From a bacterium (GTDB lineage Bacteria > SAR324 > NAC60-12): a stretch of DNA of 64,000 bases. Made by a program: the position numbers and the translations under genes. The stretch spans positions 672,001 to 736,000 of the forward strand of contig CBDBHR010000030.1 in assembly GCA_965205865.1 (NCBI GenBank). Direction: 5' to 3'. Shown here piece by piece: positions 8,161 to 18,557 of this stretch (position 1 is the first letter of the stretch; every line of letters begins with the position of its first letter). Below the pieces are notes generated by a model that did no database searches, was not told the DNA's origin, and saw nothing but the letters and a program-made list of their open reading frames with translations.

Positions 8161-10089
8161 TCAATTGACCGGAACAATATTTCCGGATCGAACAGACAAC
8201 AACGTCATTTCCCGATGCGCTTCTCCATTTTCCAAAAAAGTGAAAGTCCCCGTCACTCCCGGATACGGTTCCATATCGAGTAAGGCTTGTTGCAATTGCC
8301 GGTGACTCCTGTTTCCTCGAGAGGAGAGCAATTTTTGTAGAAGATTGACGGTATCATAAGCATAGGCGGTATAAGAAGTCGGACCTTTGTAATTCAGGTG
8401 ACGCATGAAATAATGTTCATGAAGCCGTATGAACCGTGTCACATGAGACTGGCGATTCTGTTTGAAAAAACTGTCAACAAAAACTGTCTCATTGACATAC
8501 TTCTTTATGGCAGACAGGATCGAATAATCATTCCATCCACTGTCTCCTAAAAAAAGGACGTCGTCCATTTTATAAGCGGCCGAATAGGGAAGCAACACTT
8601 TGAGGTCTTCTATGTGATTCCTGCCAATTGGAACAAACAATGCGTCAAAATCATGGACCGGTTGTTGCTTTTCTTCAAGTTCTTCCATGATGGCTTTGTC
8701 CTGCGGGTCCATATAGCGCTCCAAACCAATGAAGGATTCAAAATGCCGGACAAAATTCTGCTGTCCCAAATCGAAAGCCTCTCCTCCCTGGATCTTTCCT
8801 CCCAAACGCTCCATTTCCTCCCAAAAAAAAGTCATTTTGTTTTTCCCTTCCCGTGTTTTAGGATAGAGAATCAAAAAGCGTCGCACGTTTTTGTAATCAT
8901 ATGCGAAACGTGCCAATGCCTTCATTTCCTGTTGCCAGCTTTGATTGTTACGGAAAACAAAAGAGCCGATATCCGGAATACCGGTGGTCAAGGACAGGGA
9001 AATCAAAGGGACTTGCAGACGCTGGGCTTCTTGAGCAGCCGCTTCCGAAGTCCTACGAATCAAGGGACCGATGATTGCAATCACATGTTCCTCTTCGACA
9101 AGCTCACGGACGGCAGCTGCGCTGGTTTTCGGATTGAGCGAAGAATCTCGAAAAATCAATTCAAAGGATATGCTATCCATGATTTCCTGAAAATCCTTTT
9201 CCCGTTGTCCGGATTGCATGGTTTCAGAAGATGCGATCAAGCCCAAACGCAGTCCTTCCAAAGCTTCTCTTGTCAGCGGCGCAATTTGCGGATTGGTGCT
9301 ACTCAATGGCAAAATGACGCCAATACGTTGGGGAATGGCAGTTAAAGTGAGATTGATACGCTTTTGCAGATTCAATAAAAATTCCAGTTGTTCGGGGCTA
9401 TGGCGCTGTTGAAGCTGATACGTTAAAGTCTCAATCAGCAAGAGGGCAGGAACATATTGCTCTTGTTCTATTAGTAGATTCAAACGTAAATATGGCAATT
9501 CATCCCGTATGAAATCAATATGCTTATATTTCCGTTCCAGTGATTGAATCGCTTTTTCATTATCAACACTTTCCAGCAAAGACAGGATATGCTCCGCATC
9601 CGCCGGATAGTCAGGATGCGCTATTTCGGCCTGTTGCAAAAAATATTCGGCTGCAGCCACCAAGTCTTCTTTCTCAATAGCTTTCTGAGCCAAAAACTGT
9701 AGCAACCTTGCCTGCTGTTCGATGGACAAGGGTTGATTCTTCGAAAAGAATGGGTAGGGAGGAAAGTAGATGGGGGTTTGTGACTCCGGCAGCAAGCTGA
9801 TTTCACTGGTGTCGAGTGAATCAGCGCTGACTATTTTTCTTTCAACAGAATCGTCGAGAGAGGGCTCTACCGTTTGTTGTGGCTTTGTGATTTTTGCAGT
9901 CGCATAATAGCCCGGAAAGAAGAAGGTTCCTCTCCAGCCTGGTATCACCTGCTTGCTTTCCAGTGGGGATCTGACTGGAATCATTCTGTTTTCTATCCAG
10001 TCCGACAGACTCAGCACACTTTGAGAAAAAGCAGTACTGCCAATTATACAAATGCTCCCCAAGGAGCACAGCCACCTTTTCCAATGCAA
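8161..10089 (-). CDS. LppC/LpoA-like penicillin-binding protein activator (periplasmic binding fold)
   Basis: Signal peptide, helical N-region, IGVILPLS..IIGPL..AYAYD..GVTGTFTF type-I PBP fold. Confidence 0.65.
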   Translation of the reverse strand: MHWKRWLCSLGSICIIGSTAFSQSVLSLSDWIENRMIPVRSPLESKQVIPGWRGTFFFPGYYATAKITKPQQTVEPSLDDSVERKIVSADSLDTSEISLLPESQTPIYFPPYPFFSKNQPLSIEQQARLLQFLAQKAIEKEDLVAAAEYFLQQAEIAHPDYPADAEHILSLLESVDNEKAIQSLERKYKHIDFIRDELPYLRLNLLIEQEQYVPALLLIETLTYQLQQRHSPEQLEFLLNLQKRINLTLTAIPQRIGVILPLSSTNPQIAPLTREALEGLRLGLIASSETMQSGQREKDFQEIMDSISFELIFRDSSLNPKTSAAAVRELVEEEHVIAIIGPLIRRTSEAAAQEAQRLQVPLISLSLTTGIPDIGSFVFRNNQSWQQEMKALARFAYDYKNVRRFLILYPKTREGKNKMTFFWEEMERLGGKIQGGEAFDLGQQNFVRHFESFIGLERYMDPQDKAIMEELEEKQQPVHDFDALFVPIGRNHIEDLKVLLPYSAAYKMDDVLFLGDSGWNDYSILSAIKKYVNETVFVDSFFKQNRQSHVTRFIRLHEHYFMRHLNYKGPTSYTAYAYDTVNLLQKLLSSRGNRSHRQLQQALLDMEPYPGVTGTFTFLENGEAHREMTLLSVRSGNIVPVN

Positions 10090-10097
10090 GCGTCCTC

Positions 10098-11387
10098 TTA
10101 GTGCTGAAGTTCACGAAGAATAAATACAGGTCTGGCCATATAAGCAGCCGCATTGATCTCCGCAACCGCTTTTTGCACGATTCCTTCCGGACACGCTTCC
10201 AGTGTGAGATGGAAAATAGTTTTTTCCTGGTTTTTTTCTCGGTGGTGATATTGTGGAAGTTGTTCCAGGGCATAAATGTTGATCTTGTATCTTTCCAAAA
10301 TAGCTCCAATATTTCCGACAATCCCGGGCTGATCATAGATGTCAAAACGCAGGGTGTGCTTGAAAACGTACTCTGAAAAAGGGAGAATTTTATCTGCTTG
10401 ATCCAGCCAGACAGGACTGGCCGGAAAAGCGACATCCTGTATTTTATAGATGTCGGATACGATCGCCGATGCGGTGGGACGAGAGCCTGCTCCTTTCCCA
10501 ATCAAAGATATCTCTTCCGAGTATTTTCCGCTCACCGTGATTATATTCGTGGATCCCGTAATTTTGGCCAGGGTTTCCTCCTGTGGGATCATCAATGGCA
10601 TCACAAAAGCCTGCAATTGATGCTCTTTGCGGCAAAAATAAGCCACCAGTTTGATTTTGCGACTCATACGCGCCGCATAATCGAAATCCGGCAACTCCAG
10701 TACGTCAATGCCCTCGACTGCAATTTCTTCCACAGGAATCCATTTCCCCGTCGTCAAATAAATGAGGATCACGATCTTATAGCGAGCGTCATATCCTTTT
10801 ACGTCATTTGTCGGGTCCTGCTCGGCAAACCCTTTTTGCTGAGCCTCCTGCAAAGCTGTCTCAAAGGCAATGCCGCGCAAGTCCATCTCACTTAAAATAT
10901 AGTTCGTTGTGCCATTGACTATTCCTGAAACTTCTTGAATATCGCAATGAGATAAATAGTCTTCCATGAGACGGATCACAGGGATTGCGCCGCCGACACT
11001 CGCTTCGAAGAGAAAATGCTTTTGAGCCTGTTGCGCCAGACTTAAAAGTGTCTGACCATCCGTAGCAATTAGATCCTTGTTGGCACTGACAACGTGTTTG
11101 CCGTGTTTGAGCGCTTTTTCTATCAGTGTTTTGGCGAATCCGCGGCCTCCAATCGTTTCTACAATCACATCGATTTGAGGATCGTTCAAAATTATCCGGA
11201 TATCTTCGACAAACAGTTCGGGGTGATTTTCGTAAAACGGTCTGGCCTGTGGACCTTCCTTATCGATTTCCAAAATTTTGGCTAATTGGATAGCAGCGCC
11301 GTTTGCTTGATGATTTTGAATGATTGTTGCTACTCCACTGCCAATCATCCCCATACCTGCAATAGCAACATGAATGGTTTGTTTCAT
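10098..11387 (-). CDS. hom: Homoserine dehydrogenase with C-terminal ACT domain
   Basis: GMGMIGSG, VVSANKD, FEASVGGAIP, NGTTNYIL, GAGSRPTASA, DQPGIV. Confidence 0.95.
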   Translation of the reverse strand: MKQTIHVAIAGMGMIGSGVATIIQNHQANGAAIQLAKILEIDKEGPQARPFYENHPELFVEDIRIILNDPQIDVIVETIGGRGFAKTLIEKALKHGKHVVSANKDLIATDGQTLLSLAQQAQKHFLFEASVGGAIPVIRLMEDYLSHCDIQEVSGIVNGTTNYILSEMDLRGIAFETALQEAQQKGFAEQDPTNDVKGYDARYKIVILIYLTTGKWIPVEEIAVEGIDVLELPDFDYAARMSRKIKLVAYFCRKEHQLQAFVMPLMIPQEETLAKITGSTNIITVSGKYSEEISLIGKGAGSRPTASAIVSDIYKIQDVAFPASPVWLDQADKILPFSEYVFKHTLRFDIYDQPGIVGNIGAILERYKINIYALEQLPQYHHREKNQEKTIFHLTLEACPEGIVQKAVAEINAAAYMARPVFILRELQH

Positions 11388-11415
11388 ATTCCTCTTATTC
11401 CTCCCCTTTCCTGCT

Positions 11416-13308
11416 TTAGTAGTGTTCCATGGACTTCAAAAACCGCAATGTCTTTTGTTTCCAGGAGTTCTCGGGGAAAGGTTGATTCAAAAAAATCTTC
11501 CAGGCCCGGCGGGCTTTGAAAAAATTTTCCTGATGGTAATAGATGTATCCGATAATAAAATGTACAAAGGGATGCCGTTCCGGAAAATCTCTGCTCAATT
11601 CCTCTAAGTCACGCAATCCTCCTAAATAGTCAACGGAATTGGGATATTGCAAAAGCCCTTCGTAGGCGTCGAATGCATTTTGATAGTCGTTCATGCGCAA
11701 ATACGTGATTCCCATGTTCATGCGAACATAACTCAATCGGGCATCCAACTGCAGGGCTTTTTCACCATAATAAACAGCCTGCTCGTAATCCTCCAACAAA
11801 TAATATCCCCATCCCAGATTCCCGTATATGAAAGGGTCCTCGATATATTGAAGAGCTTGCAGATAAGCATCCACAGATTTACGAACCAAGGCCTTGTCAT
11901 ATTTTGCAAGGCCGTCCGGTTGCAACTTATAACCCTCAAAATAATAAATGGTGGCAATTTCCTGGTAAAGCAATCCCAATTCCTGGGGATCCTGAGTTTC
12001 ACGCAGACCACTTTGCAAGGCTTCGAGGGCTTCCGAATGCCGTCGTAAATTATGCATCCCCCGTCCTACGAGATAATAATATTGGCTTTTTCCTTGAATG
12101 ATTTGATTTGAAATACGCGGATAACGCAGACGATTCAATATTTCAATCCAATGATCCTCAACTGTTACCAATCCTTGTTTCCCTGAAGAAAACAAATCTA
12201 AAAATTCTCTCATCTGACGGTTCAGTATCGACCATAATTCTCCCTGCTCCAAGGCATACTGTTGTGCCGATGGACGTCCTGTCATCCAAAATCTCTCCCA
12301 CCAGGAAGACGCTTCTCGAGATTCTCTCTGTTGCTGTTGAATGGACGTCAACAACATCTCGGAGAGGTCAAATTGTCTGGGAAAGAGAAGAACGATCAAG
12401 CAATAAAGGCTGATCAAGATGAGCATCGTCGTTCCCACAGTCCTCCACAATAGAGCATGAAGTGACCGAGACGATGTTTGTGAAGCGGGATTAATTCTCA
12501 GGATGGTTGATCGCTGCCAAGCCTGTTCTGCCTGCTCGGTATCACGGTGGTCGTAAAGTCGATTTCCCAGACGATAATATCCCTCTGCGCTTTCGTTGGG
12601 ATTTTGCTTGGCCAATAGTTCTAACTGCGAAATCGCCTGTTTGTATCTTCCTTCGCTGATCAGTTTTTGAGTTTGCCGCAGTACGCTTTTCCCGGTTGTC
12701 CGGCTTTCTTCCAGAGTGATTTGCATTGATTTGATTGGAGGTTTCGATGGCCTACTCTTCATATAGCTAATATTCGCTTTGTGGGTTTTATGTTTTCGAT
12801 AACGTGTCAACAAAAAAGTGGTGATAAAATAAAAAATCACTGCAGATGGGACTGCCAGAATAAAACTCCCCACCAGCATGGGAATTCCCAAATCCACGAG
12901 AAGAAATTGAGAACCTTCCCAGAGAATTTCCCAAATACTATATTGTTCATAATCTGCAAATCTCTGCTGAAAAGTCTGCCAATCCATCACAACAACACGC
13001 CATTGCATGTTTTGAAAAAATTTATTGCCCGTGAGGAGAAAGGCATAATAAAAAGGGACAATCGTGATTGGATTGGAGATCCATACCGATGCCATCCCTG
13101 CTGGCAAACTAAAGCGAAAATGTAACAAATAACGGCAAAGCGCCCATAAGGCGGCAACAATATACATTTGGATTCCCATGGTGGGAGTCAGTCCAATGAA
13201 TACCCCAATCGCCACTCCCCAACTCACTGGTTTAACCGGCGCAACACTTTTGGTTATCGGGTGAATCAACCATTCATACGCAAACCCGAGTAATTTTTTC
13301 ATGCTCAA
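11416..13308 (-). CDS. DUF2062-family membrane domain fused to TPR-repeat region
   Basis: N-terminal GVAIGVFIGLTPTMGIQ..WISNPITIVPFY (DUF2062); C-terminal TPR-like helices (YGNLGWGYY, MNMGITYLRM). Confidence 0.7.
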   Translation of the reverse strand: MSMKKLLGFAYEWLIHPITKSVAPVKPVSWGVAIGVFIGLTPTMGIQMYIVAALWALCRYLLHFRFSLPAGMASVWISNPITIVPFYYAFLLTGNKFFQNMQWRVVVMDWQTFQQRFADYEQYSIWEILWEGSQFLLVDLGIPMLVGSFILAVPSAVIFYFITTFLLTRYRKHKTHKANISYMKSRPSKPPIKSMQITLEESRTTGKSVLRQTQKLISEGRYKQAISQLELLAKQNPNESAEGYYRLGNRLYDHRDTEQAEQAWQRSTILRINPASQTSSRSLHALLWRTVGTTMLILISLYCLIVLLFPRQFDLSEMLLTSIQQQQRESREASSWWERFWMTGRPSAQQYALEQGELWSILNRQMREFLDLFSSGKQGLVTVEDHWIEILNRLRYPRISNQIIQGKSQYYYLVGRGMHNLRRHSEALEALQSGLRETQDPQELGLLYQEIATIYYFEGYKLQPDGLAKYDKALVRKSVDAYLQALQYIEDPFIYGNLGWGYYLLEDYEQAVYYGEKALQLDARLSYVRMNMGITYLRMNDYQNAFDAYEGLLQYPNSVDYLGGLRDLEELSRDFPERHPFVHFIIGYIYYHQENFFKARRAWKIFLNQPFPENSWKQKTLRFLKSMEHY

Positions 13309-13517
13309 TCAATTTTCTGACTGCTGAAAGACATACTTTTTCCTAATTACAGGAACCGCAAAGGAAGTCGAACATGCATTTTGTATTGTATCACGGATCA
13401 CCAGGTAAAAACACAGTTTCGTCCGGAATCATTCCGGAAAATCAGGCAAGAAGAGGGGAATTCAAGGAAGGAAGAGGGGACAGGCAAACGCCCCCTTGCG
13501 CACATACAGAGCATCAA

Positions 13518-14207
13518 TCACTCACGAGTCATTCCAAGCAGACTGAGCAAATGAATGAACAGATTAAATATATCCAGAAACAAAGACACTGTTGCACTGA
13601 CATAGTCATCCGTACTGTAACGACGTAAAATGTTGGATGTGTCGTATAAAATGAAGCCACTGAACAACAATACGCCAGCTGCGGAAAACACAAAGTGCAT
13701 CAGTGAACTTTGCAGAAAAATATTGATCAGTCCTCCCACGATCAGGATAATCAATCCAGTCATTAAAAATCCTGACATGAAGCTGAAATCTTTTTTGGAA
13801 ATGATCACATAAGCTGTCAGGCCGACAAAGGTGATTGTAGTCAGCGCCAATGCTTCCACTACGATCCCTCCGGCTCCTGCTGCAACGTACATGCTGAGCA
13901 TGGGACCAATCATCAGTCCTGCAATCGTCGTAAAGCTAAAGAGAGCAACCATATTCAGACCAGGTTTACGCTGAGCATACATCAGGAAAAAAAAGGCGCC
14001 GATGAAAAATACAAAAGACAGTATTCCCATGGAAGCAACAACAGGCAGCAATGGTCCCATGCCCAGCAAAGAACCGACCGTTGCCGAAAGCAATGAAGCG
14101 GCCAGCAAACCGTATACTTTTTTCAAAAAGGCGAGTCGCTCTCCTACAGAAACACCAGCAGCCGATTGTATGTTTCGATAAGGTACTGTTTTTTCTTGAC
14201 CAATCAT
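13518..14207 (-). CDS. Bax inhibitor-1/YccA family membrane protein
   Basis: FLKKVYGLL, 7 TM segments, FSGFILYDTSNI, SLFLDIFNLFIHLL; start MIGQEK with RBS AGGAG. Confidence 0.9.
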   Translation of the reverse strand: MIGQEKTVPYRNIQSAAGVSVGERLAFLKKVYGLLAASLLSATVGSLLGMGPLLPVVASMGILSFVFFIGAFFFLMYAQRKPGLNMVALFSFTTIAGLMIGPMLSMYVAAGAGGIVVEALALTTITFVGLTAYVIISKKDFSFMSGFLMTGLIILIVGGLINIFLQSSLMHFVFSAAGVLLFSGFILYDTSNILRRYSTDDYVSATVSLFLDIFNLFIHLLSLLGMTRE

Positions 14208-14294
14208 AAAATTCTCCTTAAATTCAATTAATGTTTTAAGATTGATGGACATCGATTTTCTAAAATACCATAGCCACTCGACAAAAACAAACAT

Positions 14295-15131
14295 CTAATT
14301 GTCTGCATATGCCAGATAGGTTTTTAAAAAAACCAGCATTTTTGCTGAAAAACGAGGGCCCCGCCGATATAAGAATTGTTGTGCGGATGTATAATCGTGC
14401 AGGTAGACTCGCTTTCCCATTTTCAATTCCCCATTTTTATCGCGAACCGGGGGCCTTTCCACCTTTGCAACCTGTACCAGCATTTGAAAATCAATTGCTT
14501 CGATTTCCGAAGACAGTCCTGATGCAACACGCCTCAAAGGCAATTGATACAAAGGCTCCACAAGATAGAAACTTACAAAATTTGCCAAGGCAATGAACTT
14601 TTCGTCTTCTTGATTAATCACCCAGGTCATAAATTCGTCATGGAACCTCTCAGATAGTGGATGCGACGTTTTTATCCCTTTGACCGAGATGGCTTTGTTT
14701 TCAATATAATTTTGCGCGAGTTCGCTAAAGAATTGAATAAAGCTATTGCTATTCAATAAGGTTTCATACTTTAAGAACCGACCGGCAAAATCATTCATTA
14801 CCTCTCGACCGACTTTTAGTTGGTCAAATTGCTCCTGATAGGTCTCCATCCCTTCCAGCTTCGCAATTAACTCTTCGTTTTCAGTTTGCAGGACTTGTTG
14901 GATATCGATGGTCTTCCCTACTTCAGGAATGTCCTCGAAAAAAGAGGAAGAGGATTCTTTTTCTGAATGGAAGGAAGGATCAAGACTGATTTCCAGAGGA
15001 GAAGTCTGCAGTGCTTTCCAATAAGAATACAGAAAATATCCTCCAATCACCAAACCTGCTATCAAGACAGCTATCAAGACGATTGTTCCCCAAGAGGATC
15101 GTTTCTTTGTTGAAGTTTGCATGAACTTCAC
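14295..15131 (-). CDS. Hypothetical protein with N-terminal membrane anchor
   Basis: 278-aa ORF tightly packed in operon between argG and yccA-like gene. Confidence 0.7.
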   Translation of the reverse strand: MKFMQTSTKKRSSWGTIVLIAVLIAGLVIGGYFLYSYWKALQTSPLEISLDPSFHSEKESSSSFFEDIPEVGKTIDIQQVLQTENEELIAKLEGMETYQEQFDQLKVGREVMNDFAGRFLKYETLLNSNSFIQFFSELAQNYIENKAISVKGIKTSHPLSERFHDEFMTWVINQEDEKFIALANFVSFYLVEPLYQLPLRRVASGLSSEIEAIDFQMLVQVAKVERPPVRDKNGELKMGKRVYLHDYTSAQQFLYRRGPRFSAKMLVFLKTYLAYADN

Positions 15132-15142
15132 TCCGCGGATGA

Positions 15143-16362
15143 TCAGAAACCATTCTTCTTTTTTTTCATTACTCGATGATCTATTTTCAAGGGCAATGCG
15201 TTTAGTTTAATAAACCCAACGGCATCCTGAGGATCATAGACTCCACCATCAGACTCCATGGTCGCGATATCAGCATCATACAAACTGCAGGGGGAAAGCC
15301 GACCGGTGACCAGACAATTGCCTTTATACAACTCCAAACGGACAGTTCCTGTGACATTTTCCTGAGTTTGGCGGACCATATTCAATAAAATCCGCATCTC
15401 CGGAGAGAACCAAAAACCATTATAAACCAGACGGGCAAAACGAGGCATGAGGGAATCTTTCAGATTGATCACATCTCGGTCCAGCGTGATCGATTCCATG
15501 GCACGATGGGCAATATGGAGAATGGTGCCCCCCGGTGTTTCATAGACTCCCCGGTTTTTCATTCCGATAAAACGGGACTCCACCATATCGATTCGACCGA
15601 CACCATGCGTTCCTCCAATCCGATTGAGGCGTGCCAATAATTTTTCAGGGGAAAGGGCTTGCCCGTCAACAGCAACGGGGACGCCGGCTTCAAAATCAAT
15701 TAGAATTTCTCGGGTTTGCTCAGGGGCGTTCTGAGGAGATTGAGACAGTTCAAACATATCTTGACTAGGCGCCTGCCAGGGATCTTCGAGCACGCCTGAT
15801 TCAAAGCTGATATGCATCAAATTCTCATCAGAGCTCCAAGGCTGTTCTCGAGTGGCTTTTACAGGGATCTGATGGGCCTCGGCATAAGCCAACAGTTCGG
15901 CCCTTCCCGGATAATTCTTATAAAATTCGGGTGTTTTCCAAGGAGCTACCACATGAATATCCGGATTGAGGGCATAATAAGACAATTCAAAACGAACTTG
16001 GTCGTTTCCTTTTCCGGTTGCTCCATGCGCCACAGCGGTGGCTCCCTTTTGAGCAGCGACTTCAATCTGCTTTTTGGCAATCAAAGGACGAGCCAGTGAA
16101 GTGCCCAACAAATAGGTGCCTTCATACGCCGCATTCCACTGAATTGCCGGAAAGACATAATTCCGCACAAATTCTTCTTCTACATTTTCAATCAATACTT
16201 CCTTGGCTCCTGCCCTGATACCTTTGAGTCGAATCTCATTCAGATCTTCTACTTTTTGTCCCAAATCCAAACATAAAGCAATCACCTCATAATCTTGCGC
16301 ATTGAGCCAATGCGCCAGAACAGAGGTGTCCAATAGGCCAAAACCAGTTTTTCTTTTGACAT
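15143..16362 (-). pseudogene. argG: Argininosuccinate synthase with 5' frameshift (or sequencing error)
   Basis: Body intact (YLLGTSLARP, HGATGKGNDQVRF, SSDENLMHISFE, YETPGGT); ATG 16362 gives MSKEKLVLAY then shifts frame, SGG of AYSGGLDTS absent. Confidence 0.85.
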
Positions 16363-16386
16363 GTTATTTCTTTACGAATGGATAAA

Positions 16387-16637
16387 TAACCTGAGTTCGA
16401 GATAAGAATTTAATAAATTCAATATGTTATGGAATCTTCATATCTTAGAGAAACCTTGTCGTTCCTGCGAGATCCCTGCGTACGCAGGGAAGGAATCCGG
16501 AGGTATGCAGCCAGACTGAAATCCGGATCCCCGCTCCCCGCTTTCGCGAGGACAAGTTTCGCGGGGACAAGTTTCGCGAGCATGACATATACACTAGGAT
16601 ACTCATATTATTGAAGATTTATCTCGAACTCGGGTTA
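16387..16637. mobile_element. Non-autonomous palindromic element (MITE-like)
   Basis: 19-bp terminal inverted repeats TAACC(T/C)GAGTTCGAGATAA, TA ends, internal palindromic GTCCTCGCGAAAGCGGGG-type repeats. Confidence 0.75.
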
Positions 16638-16676
16638 AATAGGACAATTAACTTCAGAGCGCGTTTTCACTGAGAA

Positions 16677-17624
16677 TCAAAATTCCTGCTCTGCCAACCA
16701 GCGTTCTGCGTCAATGGCGGCCATACATCCTGTTCCGGCAGCAGTAACTGCTTGACGATATACATGATCTTGAACATCTCCACAAGCAAATACTCCTTCG
16801 ATTGAAGTATGGGAAGTACCGGGTTTCACTACAATATAGCCATTTTCATCCAAAATTAATTGATTGCGAAACAAAGAAGAGTTGGGAATATGTCCAATCG
16901 CAACAAACAATCCGGTATATGGGTATGTTTTCAACTCGTTTGTTTTCAGATGTCTCACTTTCAGTCCTGTCATTCCTTTTTGATCATCACCGATGATTTC
17001 TTCCACAATTGAATTCCAGATAATTTCAATTTTTTCATGTTTTAAAGCGCGTTGCCGCATAATTTGACTGGCACGCAGTGAATCCCGCCGGTGAATGATA
17101 TGGACGCTTTTGCATAGATTGGCCAAATACAATGCTTCTTCCATCGCTGTATCGCCTCCTCCCACAACCGCTACTTCCTGATCCCGAAAAAAAAAGCCGT
17201 CACAGGTAGCGCAGGCGGAGACCCCTTTATTTTTGTAGCGATCTTCTGATTCCAATCCCAGCCATCGTGCTGAAGCGCCCGTAGAGATGATCAGCGTATC
17301 AGAGGTGAGCCTGGAGTCTGCGGTTTCAATATGAAAGGGGTGTTGCGACAAATCCGCTGTTTCGGCTTCTCCCGTATAAAACCGGGTTCCGAAACGTGTT
17401 GCCTGAGCGCGGAATAAATCCATCATTTCCGGCCCTTGCAATCCCTCAGGGAAGCCTGGATAATTTTCGACGTCTGTTGTGATTGTCAGTTGACCACCAG
17501 GCTCCATACCGGAAACGACTGCAGGCTGTAAATTGGCCCGTGCCGCATAAATTGCTGCAGTCAAACCTGCAGGACCTGAACCTAAAATCAAGACTTTGTG
17601 ATGACGGGCATTATTTCCTTTCAT
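16677..17624 (-). CDS. trxB: Thioredoxin reductase
   Basis: GSGPAGLTAA, GGQLTIT, SACATCDGFFF, GGGDTAMEEA, GDVQD..YRQAVTAAG. Confidence 0.97.
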   Translation of the reverse strand: MKGNNARHHKVLILGSGPAGLTAAIYAARANLQPAVVSGMEPGGQLTITTDVENYPGFPEGLQGPEMMDLFRAQATRFGTRFYTGEAETADLSQHPFHIETADSRLTSDTLIISTGASARWLGLESEDRYKNKGVSACATCDGFFFRDQEVAVVGGGDTAMEEALYLANLCKSVHIIHRRDSLRASQIMRQRALKHEKIEIIWNSIVEEIIGDDQKGMTGLKVRHLKTNELKTYPYTGLFVAIGHIPNSSLFRNQLILDENGYIVVKPGTSHTSIEGVFACGDVQDHVYRQAVTAAGTGCMAAIDAERWLAEQEF

Positions 17625-17752
17625 AGAGATAGACTACCTCCTGACTTACAATTGTACTTGAATTCATGAGGATGCTTTGATAATTTTTGAGAAGTGCCAG
17701 AAGATTTTTCCATGAATGCCGGTTCCCCGTTTACGCTATCATATCCCTACAT

Positions 17753-18223
17753 ATGACAAAACCCCTTGTCGAGATATACACGGATGGCGCCTGTTCTCCC
17801 AACCCCGGGACTGGAGGATGGGCTGCTGTCATGATTTCTCCTGCGCATGGACATTTTCGTAAAGAAATTTTTGGTGCAAAACGGCACACTACGAACAACC
17901 GGATGGAGTTGTTGGCAACCATTAAAGCCCTCCAAGCTCTGAAATCCGTCTGTGTCGTAAAACTCTACACGGATTCCAGATATATCCAAAAAGCCTTTGC
18001 GGAAGGCTGGCTGAATAAATGGCAAAATAACCAATGGATTGGAGCCAATCGCCAATCTATTGCCAATCGGGATTTATGGCAAGAGTTGCTCAAACTCTCT
18101 CAAATTCATGAAATTTCCTGGTTTTGGATCAAGGGGCACTCTCATCATCCGGAAAATGAACGTTGTGACTTTTTGGCAGTTCAAGCACGCCGGGAATTGG
18201 CTGCTCGCTGCTTCGCGCCTTGA
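17753..18223 (+). CDS. rnhA: Ribonuclease HI
   Basis: IYTDGACSPNPG, TTNNRMEL, YTDSRY, WIKGHS..ENERCD. Confidence 0.95.
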   Translation: MTKPLVEIYTDGACSPNPGTGGWAAVMISPAHGHFRKEIFGAKRHTTNNRMELLATIKALQALKSVCVVKLYTDSRYIQKAFAEGWLNKWQNNQWIGANRQSIANRDLWQELLKLSQIHEISWFWIKGHSHHPENERCDFLAVQARRELAARCFAP

Positions 18224-18540
18224 TAGCTTTTTTCTATTCGGGTTGTCATTTTATCGTCGGAAGACGATTCCTCTTTATGAGAGGATGGGGAAAAGAGTTT
18301 TGGCGTTTTTTTGATCCGGTAAGTGCGTAGAAGTCTCCCTTCGTTGATTTCCATAACCGCTTGATAGGTCGGCTTGTGGGTAGGTCTGACTTGATCTTCT
18401 TGCTCTTCTTTTCTTGCCTTTTCTTCCTCGTAAATTGCTTTGGCCCGTTGGGTTGCCATTATTACTTTTTCAAACACATTGAAATCTCTGTACTTCTCAT
18501 GAGATTCCACCAACTTCAAATAATCCAAATCGAGCGACAT
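18181..18540 (-). CDS. rpoZ: RNA polymerase omega subunit (divergent)
   Basis: NVFEKVIMATQRAKAI...KPTYQAVMEINEGRL resembles omega consensus; start MSLDLD. Confidence 0.6.
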   Translation of the reverse strand: MSLDLDYLKLVESHEKYRDFNVFEKVIMATQRAKAIYEEEKARKEEQEDQVRPTHKPTYQAVMEINEGRLLRTYRIKKTPKLFSPSSHKEESSSDDKMTTRIEKSYQGAKQRAANSRRA

Positions 18541-18557
18541 AAACTTTCCCTTTCTTT

